From the NCBI GenBank assembly GCA_020697715.1, contig JAEHCO010000001.1:160001-224000 (forward strand): 64,000 nucleotides of DNA, given 5' to 3'. Both the position numbers and the translations under genes were made by a program. Positions 19,214 to 29,697 of the stretch are shown here, one piece after another. This stretch comes from Methanobacteriota archaeon. Its GTDB lineage: Archaea > Thermoplasmatota > Thermoplasmata > SG8-5 > JAGLSY01. Under the pieces are notes generated by a model, which saw nothing but the letters and a program-made list of their open reading frames with translations, did no database searches and was not told where the DNA came from. Each line of letters starts with the position of its first letter. Position 1 is the first letter of the stretch.

Positions 19214-19322
19214 AGCCCACCGTAAGAAAGGTTATGATTAATAGATTTCTGAATTGTGGAGAAATAATAGATATGCGATATCTGAAGATTTAATGATCAA
19301 GGCCAGGTATTGGATCCTGGCC

Positions 19323-20261
19323 TTATTCACTTTCCAATATATTGGCCTTCACAGCGTATCTGATCGCTGATTCGGAATCATGTTCAGGTGTCCAGCCAAG
19401 GTCGGCTATCTTATCAACAGATAATCGCATCCTGGGGACATCGCCCTTCCATCCTCTGGCTCCACCAGTGTATGTGAATTCCGTATCTTTCAGTCCAAGC
19501 TCCTCCACAACGATCTCCGCGATACGTGTGACATCCACCCAGTCCAAACAGGCTAGATTGAATAAATTGACCTTTTCATTTGACTTGTTGATCCCATAAC
19601 AGATCGCGGCCGCACACTCCTCCACAAGGAGGTAGGATTTACTCTGGGTCCCATCACCAAGTATCTCCATCTTCTTCGGATCCTTCTTCAGCTTGGCAAT
19701 GAAATCGATTATCACACCATGGGTGGCCCTTCTACCAATGATATTGGCAAATCGGAATATCCACACCTGCATATCGAAGGAACTGGCATAGGCCGAAATT
19801 AAGCCCTCACATGCAAGTTTTGAAGCTCCATAAAGTGATATCGGAAGCATCGGGCCATAGTCCTCTGGAACAGCGATCTCACCCTGCTCTCCATATACGG
19901 TCTGGCTGGATGAGAAAGCTATCTTCCGCACACCCGTCTGCCTCATGGCATCCAGTACATTGTAAGTAGCGATCGTCCCCTGCTGAAGATCATAGTCCGT
20001 ATTCGATGTACCGTGTCGAACATCTGGGTTAGATGCCAGATGTATCACGATATCCACACCCTCCATGGCCTTTATCAGAGATGGGGGGTCCAATGTATCA
20101 GCCTCTATGACCTTGAACCCATCTTTTCCTTCATGGTGTGCGATGAACTCCCTTCTACCACTACTGAAATTATCATATATGGTAACCTGATCGGTCTCCA
20201 TCAATATATCCACGATGTGGCTGCCTATGAAGCCTGCGCCTCCGGTTACAAGGTAATGCAT
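19323..20261 (-). CDS. NAD-dependent nucleotide-sugar epimerase (GalE-like)
   Basis: TGGAGFIGSH, YGASK, RFANIIG, GDGTQSK. Confidence 0.92.
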   Translation of the reverse strand: MHYLVTGGAGFIGSHIVDILMETDQVTIYDNFSSGRREFIAHHEGKDGFKVIEADTLDPPSLIKAMEGVDIVIHLASNPDVRHGTSNTDYDLQQGTIATYNVLDAMRQTGVRKIAFSSSQTVYGEQGEIAVPEDYGPMLPISLYGASKLACEGLISAYASSFDMQVWIFRFANIIGRRATHGVIIDFIAKLKKDPKKMEILGDGTQSKSYLLVEECAAAICYGINKSNEKVNLFNLACLDWVDVTRIAEIVVEELGLKDTEFTYTGGARGWKGDVPRMRLSVDKIADLGWTPEHDSESAIRYAVKANILESE

Positions 20262-20411
20262 ATTATCATGAGGTCAAAATTATAACACTATTTAGTTTTA
20301 TTGAATAGCCTTCGAGCTAGAAATATGCTATCTTATTTGAATATGAATGTATGAGGTAATATCCTATTCAATAACGAACAGCTTTTATATTGGTTCCAAT
20401 GTCATGCTCTT

Positions 20412-21359
20412 GTGACTATTTCAGTTATAATTTCCACATATGGAATGGAGCGGATAGATGACACACGCCAGTCAATAGATTCTGTTCTTCTTCAAATGGA
20501 CAATGAATGTGAATTGATAGTCGTCATTGATGAGAATGATGAATTGGTATCTGATCTAGATGACAAATATGGAGATCGGATAAGAATAGAGATCTCCAAA
20601 GAGAAGGGATTATCCAATGCCAGAAATCTGGGGGTCAAGACCGCCAAGGGAGATATCGTCGCCTTCATAGATGATGATGCGACCATATGTCCAGGATGGA
20701 TCAAGGCCATCAAGACCGCATTGTCGAATGATAATGATATCGCCGCCGTTACTGGAACCATATTTCCGGACTGGATCGGTAAGGGAATGGAATGGGTTCC
20801 AAGATCCATGTATTGGATCGTCAGCTGTACATACATCGATATAGAAGATGGAGAATTCGTTCAGACAGCCATAGGCACTAATATGGCCTTCAAGAAAGAT
20901 GTGCTTCTCGATATGGGAGGATTCCATAGCAAACTGGGAGCTGTACAGAATTGGAGGAAGATAAAAGGCTCATGGGTGCAAAAAATGAGCCTGGTCGGAG
21001 AAGAAAGAGATCTGTGCATAAAGCTGGCCAGGTCTGGATATAAAATAATTAACTCATCCAATATGTGTGTCAAGCACAAAGTATATCCTTACAGGTTGAC
21101 CTTTAAGAATCTCATTAACAGAGGATATAGAGAAGGGCTGACAAAGGGTCATTTGAAAAGAAAATACACCGATGGAAAAGAAGATACTCTTTCTCTGGAG
21201 CAGGAATACATAATGCATACTCTGGCTAGCTTGATGAGAGAGAAAGATAAATCATTATTGTCAAGGTTCAGAGGGATCTTCAGCCTATTTTTTGTATTTG
21301 TATCGGTGTTCACTGGTTATTTTGTTTACTTGGTATCGGGGAAAAAGAACGAAACATGA
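20412..21359 (+). CDS. Glycosyltransferase family 2
   Basis: ISVIISTY, GLSNARNLG, FIDDD, GTNMAF, GEE. Confidence 0.9.
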   Translation: MTISVIISTYGMERIDDTRQSIDSVLLQMDNECELIVVIDENDELVSDLDDKYGDRIRIEISKEKGLSNARNLGVKTAKGDIVAFIDDDATICPGWIKAIKTALSNDNDIAAVTGTIFPDWIGKGMEWVPRSMYWIVSCTYIDIEDGEFVQTAIGTNMAFKKDVLLDMGGFHSKLGAVQNWRKIKGSWVQKMSLVGEERDLCIKLARSGYKIINSSNMCVKHKVYPYRLTFKNLINRGYREGLTKGHLKRKYTDGKEDTLSLEQEYIMHTLASLMREKDKSLLSRFRGIFSLFFVFVSVFTGYFVYLVSGKKNET

Positions 21360-21407
21360 TCTTTGAACTTGATAACATTTATATCTTATGTGTTTATAGC
21401 AACCTTA

Positions 21408-23177
21408 ATGGAAAATCAAACAAAGTCTGGGAATGGAGAATTTGTTTTATTTGATATTAAATCTGATTTCATGCTCAGGTACAATAAGTACATAATTTTT
21501 CTGCTTCCTGCGATCTCACTCCTCTTGTGGACGATCTCTTTAGTACAAGCTAAAGGAGAGACAATGGGTGAGTATGGGATCTTCTCAATTTTGGGGATCA
21601 CATATTATGCGGCGGTCTTTCTCCTACTGGCTTCAATATTTTACACCTTATTCGGTCCAAAGCAAGAAATGGGCAGGCATTTGACTTACGCTTTGCTTTT
21701 CCAGTCATTTTTATTGATGGTGTTCCTCTTATTTACACCATCTTTGATAGAGGGATTTGCCAGATCACCCCATAGCTGGTCAAAATATGGATATGTGGAT
21801 TATATTGTAAGGAATGGTCACATATCTCAAAGTGTCACTCATTATCATAACTGGCCTATCCCATTCATATTCTGTGCCGAGATGGTCTTGATTACATCGA
21901 TCGACCCTATAACATTTCCATTGGTCTTTCCTCTGATACTGGACATCATACTATTTTTTATCATAGTACTATTTTTCTCAAAATTATTTAAAGATATTAG
22001 AATTCGTTTTGTCGGAATTAGTATCTTCTATCTCATACTTTGGGAAAATCAATTTCATTTTGCTCCTCAATTTTTTGGATTTGTTATATTTGTGCTCATT
22101 TTATATTTGGTCATTTTCTATTTGAAAAAAGAGAACATCACAATGCTGGCTATCATGGGAATAATGATCATGCTATTGATCATGACGCATTTATTGACAG
22201 CTTTCGTCGCTTGTTTATTTTTGGGGCTTATAATATTATATCAGATAATTGGGATTAAGCCTAAAGCTCAAAATAGATCGGATAAAAGAGATGGAATGGA
22301 AAAAACAAGTTATGAGAAATTATTTCATAAAGGATCATGGGATATGAAATTCAGATCATTGCAAGTCAATAAGCGCAAGATCATGTTCTTCATAGCGATA
22401 GCGATTGGAGGGATCATCATATGGTACCTGTTCGCAAGGGATTGGGTCGCTTATGCGAATTGGAGTATCGATCTCGATATGATAGGTTTACTTACTTCAG
22501 CTTATATCGATAAACTGAGAACAGGCTCTGATGCTCATGGAACATTAGTATTGATCAGGATGGTATTCACCGCGATCATTGTATCTCTGGCTCTTATTGG
22601 GGCAAAATTGGCATATGATAAAGATAAGGCCGTGACGATGTACATCATCATATTCTCAGCTATTGTACCCGTATTCCTATTTTACTATGGTGTTGAGATC
22701 GTTCAAAGAGCATTTCTATTCTCCGCCTTGCCCCTGGGTGTCCTGATATCTCTTGGGCTTGGTCATAAAAAGTTTCTGGTATTGGTACTTGCATTATCTT
22801 TCATGTTCGTACCCTTACATGCGCTAAGCATGTATGGCAATGAAAAAGTTGACTACACACCCCCTTCTCAAATATCAGGAGCTCGATTTGTTTTTGATAA
22901 TGTACCGCCAGATGGCATAATATCTGGTGGAAATCCCGTGGACAGAAGCCAGTATATAGAAAAATATGGAAGGGTTGATTTTGAAGATATGGACCTTTAT
23001 TATGACTCAGGTTATGACCTTTATTTAGTATATTCGTCCTCGGATGAATATTTCTCTTTATGGTATCACGGAGATGATGCTTACATCGATTCACTTAAAA
23101 GCGAGATTAACAGTGATAATTATATTAAGATATTTGATTCTCCAGATTGTCAAATATACAAATACAAGTATTCTTAA
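21408..23177 (+). CDS. Polytopic membrane protein, possible GT-C/polymerase of the glycan locus
   Basis: About 12-14 TM, YHNWP loop, THLLT; located in the glycan cluster; ATG 21408 preferred. Confidence 0.6.
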   Translation: MENQTKSGNGEFVLFDIKSDFMLRYNKYIIFLLPAISLLLWTISLVQAKGETMGEYGIFSILGITYYAAVFLLLASIFYTLFGPKQEMGRHLTYALLFQSFLLMVFLLFTPSLIEGFARSPHSWSKYGYVDYIVRNGHISQSVTHYHNWPIPFIFCAEMVLITSIDPITFPLVFPLILDIILFFIIVLFFSKLFKDIRIRFVGISIFYLILWENQFHFAPQFFGFVIFVLILYLVIFYLKKENITMLAIMGIMIMLLIMTHLLTAFVACLFLGLIILYQIIGIKPKAQNRSDKRDGMEKTSYEKLFHKGSWDMKFRSLQVNKRKIMFFIAIAIGGIIIWYLFARDWVAYANWSIDLDMIGLLTSAYIDKLRTGSDAHGTLVLIRMVFTAIIVSLALIGAKLAYDKDKAVTMYIIIFSAIVPVFLFYYGVEIVQRAFLFSALPLGVLISLGLGHKKFLVLVLALSFMFVPLHALSMYGNEKVDYTPPSQISGARFVFDNVPPDGIISGGNPVDRSQYIEKYGRVDFEDMDLYYDSGYDLYLVYSSSDEYFSLWYHGDDAYIDSLKSEINSDNYIKIFDSPDCQIYKYKYS

Positions 23178-23232
23178 GCTGCCAGGTCATAAATTAGAGC
23201 TTGGAGATAATTCAATAATATTCTTTCTCAGC

Positions 23233-24438
23233 CTATGGCATTGATGCCAACAGCTTCTTTGTCAATAGCTCATTATATTTATCCCGATCATATTTTTCGA
23301 GGACCATGTCAATTATTTTTTGAGCATTTTCTCTATACTCCGAATTGCTTATCAAAAGCTCGATCGCTTTCTCAATTTCGTTCAGGTCTTCCCATGTAAG
23401 CGCGATCCCATTATTGTACTTATTAATAAAATTATGAACATAGGTGTCTTTGTCTGCAATTACCAGGATCGGAACACCGCAGCTGATATAATCATAGAAT
23501 TTTGATGGGATGGCATAAGTTCCCTGTGGATCATCTTTTTGAAATACCAGTATTCCGACATCAGAACCCTTTAGAAGGGATAACATCTTTTTATGCTCCA
23601 CACCCATCATTGATATCTGCGTCTCTAAATTAGATCCATGAATTGAATTTTCGAATCTCTTACTAGAGCTTGTAGAGAACACCAATAAGTGGTAATCTGG
23701 ATTTTTCTTGATAGTAGGAATTATCACTTCTGGAGAGTAATATGGCGTCTGTAGATTTCCCACATATGCTATGTATCTATGATCTCCTTTGGGCGTATGC
23801 ATATATGCAGGCTGCACAGTTTCTATCTCCTTCCGATCAATGCCATTCCTGACCTCGATCACTTTCTCATGACAGATACCCAGTTCATCTGTTATCGTAT
23901 TATGCACAGATGAAACAAAAATAGCTTTCTTATTGGCAAAGCGAGCGAGCTTATGTGAAAGCCCATGTAACATCAAAGCAATATGTCTCATAAATCCCTT
24001 TCTTTGCTGAATGATGTTCTTATTTACCTTTACCCAATTATCACGATAATCTACAGCATATTTTATATTGAAAAACCTACACCATATCGAACCAGATAGG
24101 ATCACTCCTGGTGGTGTGGAAAAAAAGACTATGTCCGGCTTCCTTTTTTTAGTATAGATCGCTGTAAGGAAAAGCCAAATAATGGCATAAACTGGATTTG
24201 GATCCTGATATTTGAATATGAAATTAGCCCTGTCTTTACCTACACCTACTTTATGAACTGTTACTTTTGGCACTTCAAATTGGTCTTTTTCTTTTTCTTT
24301 ATAATTTGGATTCCACACTACAATATCAATTTGCTGGACCTCGGCCTTCGAGCTTAAATACTTGGCCATCTCAAAGGTTCTTGTTGCCGCTGCCGTGTAA
24401 TTAGGGGGGTAATACTGGCTCATGATCATTATTTTCAT
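23233..24438 (-). CDS. Glycosyltransferase family 4
   Basis: SQYYPP, YRDNW, YVGNL, PSKFYDYISCGVPIL. Confidence 0.88.
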   Translation of the reverse strand: MKIMIMSQYYPPNYTAAATRTFEMAKYLSSKAEVQQIDIVVWNPNYKEKEKDQFEVPKVTVHKVGVGKDRANFIFKYQDPNPVYAIIWLFLTAIYTKKRKPDIVFFSTPPGVILSGSIWCRFFNIKYAVDYRDNWVKVNKNIIQQRKGFMRHIALMLHGLSHKLARFANKKAIFVSSVHNTITDELGICHEKVIEVRNGIDRKEIETVQPAYMHTPKGDHRYIAYVGNLQTPYYSPEVIIPTIKKNPDYHLLVFSTSSSKRFENSIHGSNLETQISMMGVEHKKMLSLLKGSDVGILVFQKDDPQGTYAIPSKFYDYISCGVPILVIADKDTYVHNFINKYNNGIALTWEDLNEIEKAIELLISNSEYRENAQKIIDMVLEKYDRDKYNELLTKKLLASMP

Positions 24439-24502
24439 GGATTTTCTCCGCTATTCCTGATACCATAATAACACAAGGTTATAAAAATTACAATGGCTTC
24501 GG

Positions 24503-26008
24503 GTGTATTGCATGGGCGAGATGGAGAATGCCAGAAAATTTACCTTCGATGTCAGCTGGGCTACAGCCAGTCTGGCCTTCATGATGGTCGTTGGGTTTGC
24601 CATAGGGGTGATACTCGGAAATTATTTCGATGCCAGTGGACTGGGTGCGTATTCCATGACCCTGACCATATGGGGAATAGGGTCATTGACTGCCGGTATC
24701 GGAATTCCGATGGCTGTTATAAAATATATTGCAGAATACAGCGATAGACCAAATATCTGGAATTCCATGGTCTCATCAGCTATGGTATCCGGCGGCTTGA
24801 TCGCCACAGTAGCAAGTATCATCCTATTCCTACTATCGTCTACCATGGAGAATGTGTTTAATATTCCCGATCTGGCTCACCTTCTCAGGATCGTTTCCTT
24901 CTCTTTCCCCTTCATAGTGATCAATGAGATCTTTATCGGCACCCTTAATGCATTGAGAAAAATGAAGGAATACACAATGCTGGAAGTATTTAGACGAGGA
25001 CTTATGCTTGTATTCACTCTGATACTTTTGTGGAGTGGAATGGGCATAGAGGGGGCTGTTATCGCCTTGGTCTTATCACCTATAGTGGTTACCTCCACGA
25101 TGCTGGTGATGCATAAAAAATATTTTCAATTCCAGTTCATTAATTTCAAAAAATATTCGAAAAAACTTGTCAAATTTGGAGGTCAATTATATTTTGCCAG
25201 TGGGGTGAGCCTGATCAATGCCCAGGCAGCTATATTACTTATCGGGTTTTATATGACCGATAGGGATGTGGGAGTTTATGCCATGGCCCTTATGTTCTTC
25301 AATGTCATGATCATGATCCCGCAAGCGATCCAAAAGATCACCTATCCAGCCTTTTCAGTCCATTTTGCAAAAAAAAGAATATCATTAATTCAAGATATGA
25401 TGAAGATCATCATGCGGTTTTCATTCATTCTTATGTCATTGACCTGCCTATTCCTTATATTTTATATCGATGATATCATAGGATTCGTATTCCCGGGGAA
25501 AGATGATTTCCTTCTGGCAGTCGCTCCTTTGAAGATCATGGCGATCGCCGGAGTCCCTTTTGGCATACTCATACCCGTGGGCGCAGTATTCACCTCCGCT
25601 GGCAGGGCGGATATTCCTTTGAAGATCTCCATTGTGAAAGCTTTTACAAACATTGGACTGGCAATCGTTCTGATCCCGATGACTGGCATAGCTCTATGGG
25701 GCTTCTCCATCGGCGGCTTGAATGGTGCCGCTATAGCTCTTGGAGGGAATTTCATAATTGGTATTATCATGACCATCTTTTACCTCAAGCCATCCCTTGA
25801 TATTCATTTGAGCATCAAGAAAATATGGATAGGGTTGGTTCTTTTCTTCATGACGATACTGGCCTTATACTCATTGGGAGGCTTAATAGAGATAGAAGAG
25901 AATATCTTGGGATTGATAATTATCCCATTATATACCTTAGGTCTGTATCTCACAGGGGTCATATCCAGTGATCTGTTCAGTATGATCAAACAACTCGCTA
26001 GTAAATGA
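24503..26008 (+). CDS. Wzx/MATE-like oligosaccharide flippase
   Basis: About 14 TM, LGAYS, GIPMAVIKYIAEY, DVGVYAMA, YPAFS. Confidence 0.88.
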   Translation: MYCMGEMENARKFTFDVSWATASLAFMMVVGFAIGVILGNYFDASGLGAYSMTLTIWGIGSLTAGIGIPMAVIKYIAEYSDRPNIWNSMVSSAMVSGGLIATVASIILFLLSSTMENVFNIPDLAHLLRIVSFSFPFIVINEIFIGTLNALRKMKEYTMLEVFRRGLMLVFTLILLWSGMGIEGAVIALVLSPIVVTSTMLVMHKKYFQFQFINFKKYSKKLVKFGGQLYFASGVSLINAQAAILLIGFYMTDRDVGVYAMALMFFNVMIMIPQAIQKITYPAFSVHFAKKRISLIQDMMKIIMRFSFILMSLTCLFLIFYIDDIIGFVFPGKDDFLLAVAPLKIMAIAGVPFGILIPVGAVFTSAGRADIPLKISIVKAFTNIGLAIVLIPMTGIALWGFSIGGLNGAAIALGGNFIIGIIMTIFYLKPSLDIHLSIKKIWIGLVLFFMTILALYSLGGLIEIEENILGLIIIPLYTLGLYLTGVISSDLFSMIKQLASK

Positions 26009-26030
26009 TATCGGACAAAAGTCTATTTCA

Positions 26031-27011
26031 TCAAAGCCATAGATGTAATGTCACTTCTTCGTAAACTGACTCGAATGAATGCTGGACATGCAATCTTGCA
26101 GACATATGATTCTTACTTGAATAGCCAGAGTCAATATATTCTGCCCCCATCTCTCCCATCAGAGCGATCGTTCCTCCAAACAATCGCTTACCCAGACCCT
26201 TACCTCTGAAGGATGAGTCTAGAGCCAGATGCCGCATTCGGGCATAATTGTAACCTGTTGTTTCTGACAAGGTTTTATCCATTTTAAAAGCGAAATATCC
26301 AGCCACTTCACCATCTGATTCTATGACGGCTATAGGATCTTTATTTTTCCAGGCGGTCTTGACCCATTTCGCAGGCATGGAATTAACCTTTTCCTTGCTA
26401 AATCCAGTATCACAATGAAAATGACTGCGGGGGAATGAATTACCACCCGCAATCTCCACCACCCTTTCTATATCTGCATCGGTCATAAGTCTGACGTCTT
26501 TAGGGCGAACTATCACACCTTCCTCAAATTTCAATACTGGCCATATTATATTTTCATAATATCTAAATCCATTTGATTCAAGTAGATGGATAAGAGCTAT
26601 ATTATCACCATTAATTCTAGATGATACGAATTTAACCCCGCACCCTCTAAGGTGATCCAAGCATTCTCCAACCATATTTTCGATGGCAGGACCATCTCGA
26701 GAAATGAATACATTGATAGAGGCCATTCTGAAACCAAAATGATCCTCATCCCATTTAGGGACCCTGCATCCAATGAGGTTTGGATGGTCGGAGGCCATCT
26801 CGAAGAAGAATGTCCATTCACTATCCATCATATTTCCATTTAATTGTGAAAGAATAAGATCCTCCCACGTATTATCCTTCTTCGATGGATAATGTTTATA
26901 CTGCCCATAGGCATAGCTTGGCAATGACTCTGCCACTTTGGCCAACATGTCTTCGATCTGCCGCTCTGAGAGCTTCGCCCCCTTAGAAAACACAGTGGCC
27001 CCTGTTGGCAT
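26031..27011 (-). CDS. GNAT acetyltransferase, WecD/RffC-like
   Basis: WDEDHFG, SHFHCD, FRGKGLGK acetyl-CoA motif; TAATG coupling at 27011. Confidence 0.75.
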   Translation of the reverse strand: MPTGATVFSKGAKLSERQIEDMLAKVAESLPSYAYGQYKHYPSKKDNTWEDLILSQLNGNMMDSEWTFFFEMASDHPNLIGCRVPKWDEDHFGFRMASINVFISRDGPAIENMVGECLDHLRGCGVKFVSSRINGDNIALIHLLESNGFRYYENIIWPVLKFEEGVIVRPKDVRLMTDADIERVVEIAGGNSFPRSHFHCDTGFSKEKVNSMPAKWVKTAWKNKDPIAVIESDGEVAGYFAFKMDKTLSETTGYNYARMRHLALDSSFRGKGLGKRLFGGTIALMGEMGAEYIDSGYSSKNHMSARLHVQHSFESVYEEVTLHLWL

Positions 27012-27985
27012 TATGGCACCGGCCCATGCATCAATTTCTTGTACCATTGCACCGTCTCTTTAATTCCTTCATCGAAACTTGTTTTTACTTTAAAGTCAAA
27101 TAATTTCTCGGCCAATGTTATATCTCCCCTGTGTCTACGCACATCGGCCAATCGCTCACCTTCAAAAATGAACTCACCCTCATAATCCAACTCTTTAGCA
27201 ATAGCCTTGATCATGTCCAAAATAGTGATCTCCTTAGCAGTGGCTAGATTGATGGTTTTTCCCCTTGTAACTTTGCTATTATAGATCTGAAGCATACCTT
27301 CCACGGTGTCGCTCACATAAATATAATCACGGGTCTGGAGGCCATCACCATGAATTATCGGTTGCTTGCCTGCCATTATTCTTTCGATCGTTATAGGGAT
27401 CACACCTGCATAGCTGCCCTCGTTCTGCCTAGGGCCAAAATTATTGAATGGCCGAACAATAGCGGTGTCAAGGTCAAATGTATTCTCATAAGACTCCACA
27501 AGCAGGTCAGAAGCCGCCTTGCTAGCCGCATAAGGTGTCGTGGGTTTCAGTGGGTGGGACTCTGTCATTATGTGCTCTTGAGCCGTCCCATAGGCCTCGG
27601 ATGATGAGCAATGGATAAGAGTATCATACATCCCTTCCTTCAATAGCTCCAGAACTGAAAGAGCGATGTTTATATTATCCTCACAGGTTATTTTAGGCAG
27701 ATTGTGAGAGGTCAGCAAAGGCACTACAGCGAGATTGAAAACGACATCCACATTCTCTATAGCAAAAATATTCTTCATTTTTTCGTAATGGCCAGCATCT
27801 TGATAATATAGTTTGATATTTTCAAAGCTCTTTATAGCGGGCTCGATATTCTTATGTTTCCCTAAGAAAAAATTATCAATTATTATTATCTTTTCAGGCT
27901 CTTCTTTTACAAGCCTGTCTACCAAATGGCTACCAATGAAGCCTGCTCCACCAGTCACTACTATTGTCTTGTCTTTAAGATTCAT
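27011..27985 (-). CDS. NAD-dependent nucleotide-sugar dehydratase/epimerase
   Basis: TGGAGFIGSH, SSSEAYG, YAASK, RPFNNFGPRQ. Confidence 0.92.
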   Translation of the reverse strand: MNLKDKTIVVTGGAGFIGSHLVDRLVKEEPEKIIIIDNFFLGKHKNIEPAIKSFENIKLYYQDAGHYEKMKNIFAIENVDVVFNLAVVPLLTSHNLPKITCEDNINIALSVLELLKEGMYDTLIHCSSSEAYGTAQEHIMTESHPLKPTTPYAASKAASDLLVESYENTFDLDTAIVRPFNNFGPRQNEGSYAGVIPITIERIMAGKQPIIHGDGLQTRDYIYVSDTVEGMLQIYNSKVTRGKTINLATAKEITILDMIKAIAKELDYEGEFIFEGERLADVRRHRGDITLAEKLFDFKVKTSFDEGIKETVQWYKKLMHGPVP

Positions 27986-27986
27986 A

Positions 27987-28937
27987 TCATGCCTCCGATT
28001 CATCATCCAGATAATTTGGTATCGGATTATCCCTTATCTTTTTTCCTGGTATGCCCATTACTACCGAGTGGTTGGCAATATTCTTTGTAACCACTGTACC
28101 CATACCAAGTGTGCTGTTCTTGCCTATATTCAACCCATCTCTTATGCACACACATGGAGCAACCCAGGTATAATCATCTATGTGAGTACTGCCGCCAACA
28201 AGTGTGAGGGCTATTATCACACAATGCCTGCCTATAATGACATTATGCGCGATGTGGCACAGATTATCTATCTTAGTGCCCTTACCTATAATTGTGTCTC
28301 CTAATGTTCCACGATCTATGCATGTATTTGCTCCGATCTCTACATCATCATCGATGACAATGCCACCAACATGAGGGAATCCCAATAATTCACCCGTATC
28401 GCTCCTCTCATAGCCAAAACCAGTAGAACCGATGACCACACCCGAATGTATTATCACATTCTCACCAATACGAGTATTGTCATTGATGGTCACATTGCCA
28501 TGGATTATTGTGCCTTTACCTATGATGACCTTGCCTATATTGGTATTCGGTCCGATGGAGACCTCTGGATCGATTATCGCCTCTTTGTCAACTGTAGCTT
28601 CTGAAGAAATACCATACTTGATCTTCTCCTCGAAAAATCCTTTCAATATCTTTATGTAGGACATTCTGGGGTTTTCAACAAGTATTATAACTTTTTCTGG
28701 AAAATCAGACTCTGAAAAATCACAGGAGTTCGGACAGATAATTACGGTTGCAACAGAGTCATTGATAATTTTTCTGGCTTCTTCTGTCTCTCTCTTATTG
28801 CAAAAAGCAATGGATGATCTTATGGATCCATTGATAGGAGATGGGGCAGTGATCACCATATCCCTAAATCCCAATATTTTATGTTCATTGATCAAGGATT
28901 GGCATATATCTTTCAATTCAATATTCCATTCATTCAT
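27987..28937 (-). CDS. LpxD-like left-handed beta-helix N-acyltransferase
   Basis: GSTGFGY, VEIGANTCIDRG, KIDNLCHIAHNV, N-terminal LpxD-type VENPR. Confidence 0.82.
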   Translation of the reverse strand: MNEWNIELKDICQSLINEHKILGFRDMVITAPSPINGSIRSSIAFCNKRETEEARKIINDSVATVIICPNSCDFSESDFPEKVIILVENPRMSYIKILKGFFEEKIKYGISSEATVDKEAIIDPEVSIGPNTNIGKVIIGKGTIIHGNVTINDNTRIGENVIIHSGVVIGSTGFGYERSDTGELLGFPHVGGIVIDDDVEIGANTCIDRGTLGDTIIGKGTKIDNLCHIAHNVIIGRHCVIIALTLVGGSTHIDDYTWVAPCVCIRDGLNIGKNSTLGMGTVVTKNIANHSVVMGIPGKKIRDNPIPNYLDDESEA

Positions 28938-29697
28938 CTATTTCAGCCTCCAATTCCAGTAGGTTCATAAGAGTGTCCCCATTCAATAAATCTTTGTATG
29001 TGGGATTAACTTGGAATAATTTGTCCAGATTATCGATCGAATCCCTTATGTATTTGGAAAATGCCTTGACATAATCTCCTCCAGCTTCCGACCAATGAAG
29101 AGGATGAAATACAATCTGAACCTGTCTTTTCTTTGCCTCTTCTATAAAGATGAAGGGATCCTTATCACGAAAGTTCATACATGAATCACTCAGGTAAGCG
29201 ACATCACTGAATACCTCATCTGAATAGGCATTGTTATAGCCTTCGAACATTGGAAATTTACCAGTTACCGAAGGATTGTGGAGGCTGATGGAAACTATCT
29301 TGCGTCCGATCACATTCTCAAGGAATGAACATTCTTCATCCACATGATGTGCCAGTTCTTCCTGGGTCACATTTCCATATATGGTCGGATCAAAATGAAG
29401 ACCGATCTCAAATCCTTTTTTTGACATCGCGATCAGGTATTCTCTATTTTTTGAAGATGCGGCATTGTAGAACTGGCAGGTTGCCATAATAAAGAATGTG
29501 GATCTTATTCCAATTTCTTCTTCTACCAATGCCATTTCATAAGCAAGTGAGATATCGAAGTCAACATCATGTCTGAGTATGACACATGATCCATCTTTTC
29601 TTCCTTTCAGTGTGGTAACAGACGATATCTCCTTGGCTCTAGCCATTAAAGCTCTGAAATAGTCATAGGTAAATGGTTTAGGATCATCACTCATCAT
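28930..29697 (-). CDS. Polysaccharide deacetylase-like protein
   Basis: LRHDVD, STFF, EIGLHF, SLHNP, YLSDS, HPLHW. Confidence 0.75.
   Translation of the reverse strand: MMSDDPKPFTYDYFRALMARAKEISSVTTLKGRKDGSCVILRHDVDFDISLAYEMALVEEEIGIRSTFFIMATCQFYNAASSKNREYLIAMSKKGFEIGLHFDPTIYGNVTQEELAHHVDEECSFLENVIGRKIVSISLHNPSVTGKFPMFEGYNNAYSDEVFSDVAYLSDSCMNFRDKDPFIFIEEAKKRQVQIVFHPLHWSEAGGDYVKAFSKYIRDSIDNLDKLFQVNPTYKDLLNGDTLMNLLELEAEIDE

Noticed and set aside
21357-21365. In-frame TGA between GT2 and the next membrane gene (readthrough)
   Set aside because: GT2 is complete and the downstream gene has its own ATG at 21408; likely a chance frame match
27987-28937. Lipid A biosynthesis or bacterial contamination
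   Set aside because: No lpxA/B/C/K; contiguous with clearly archaeal genes
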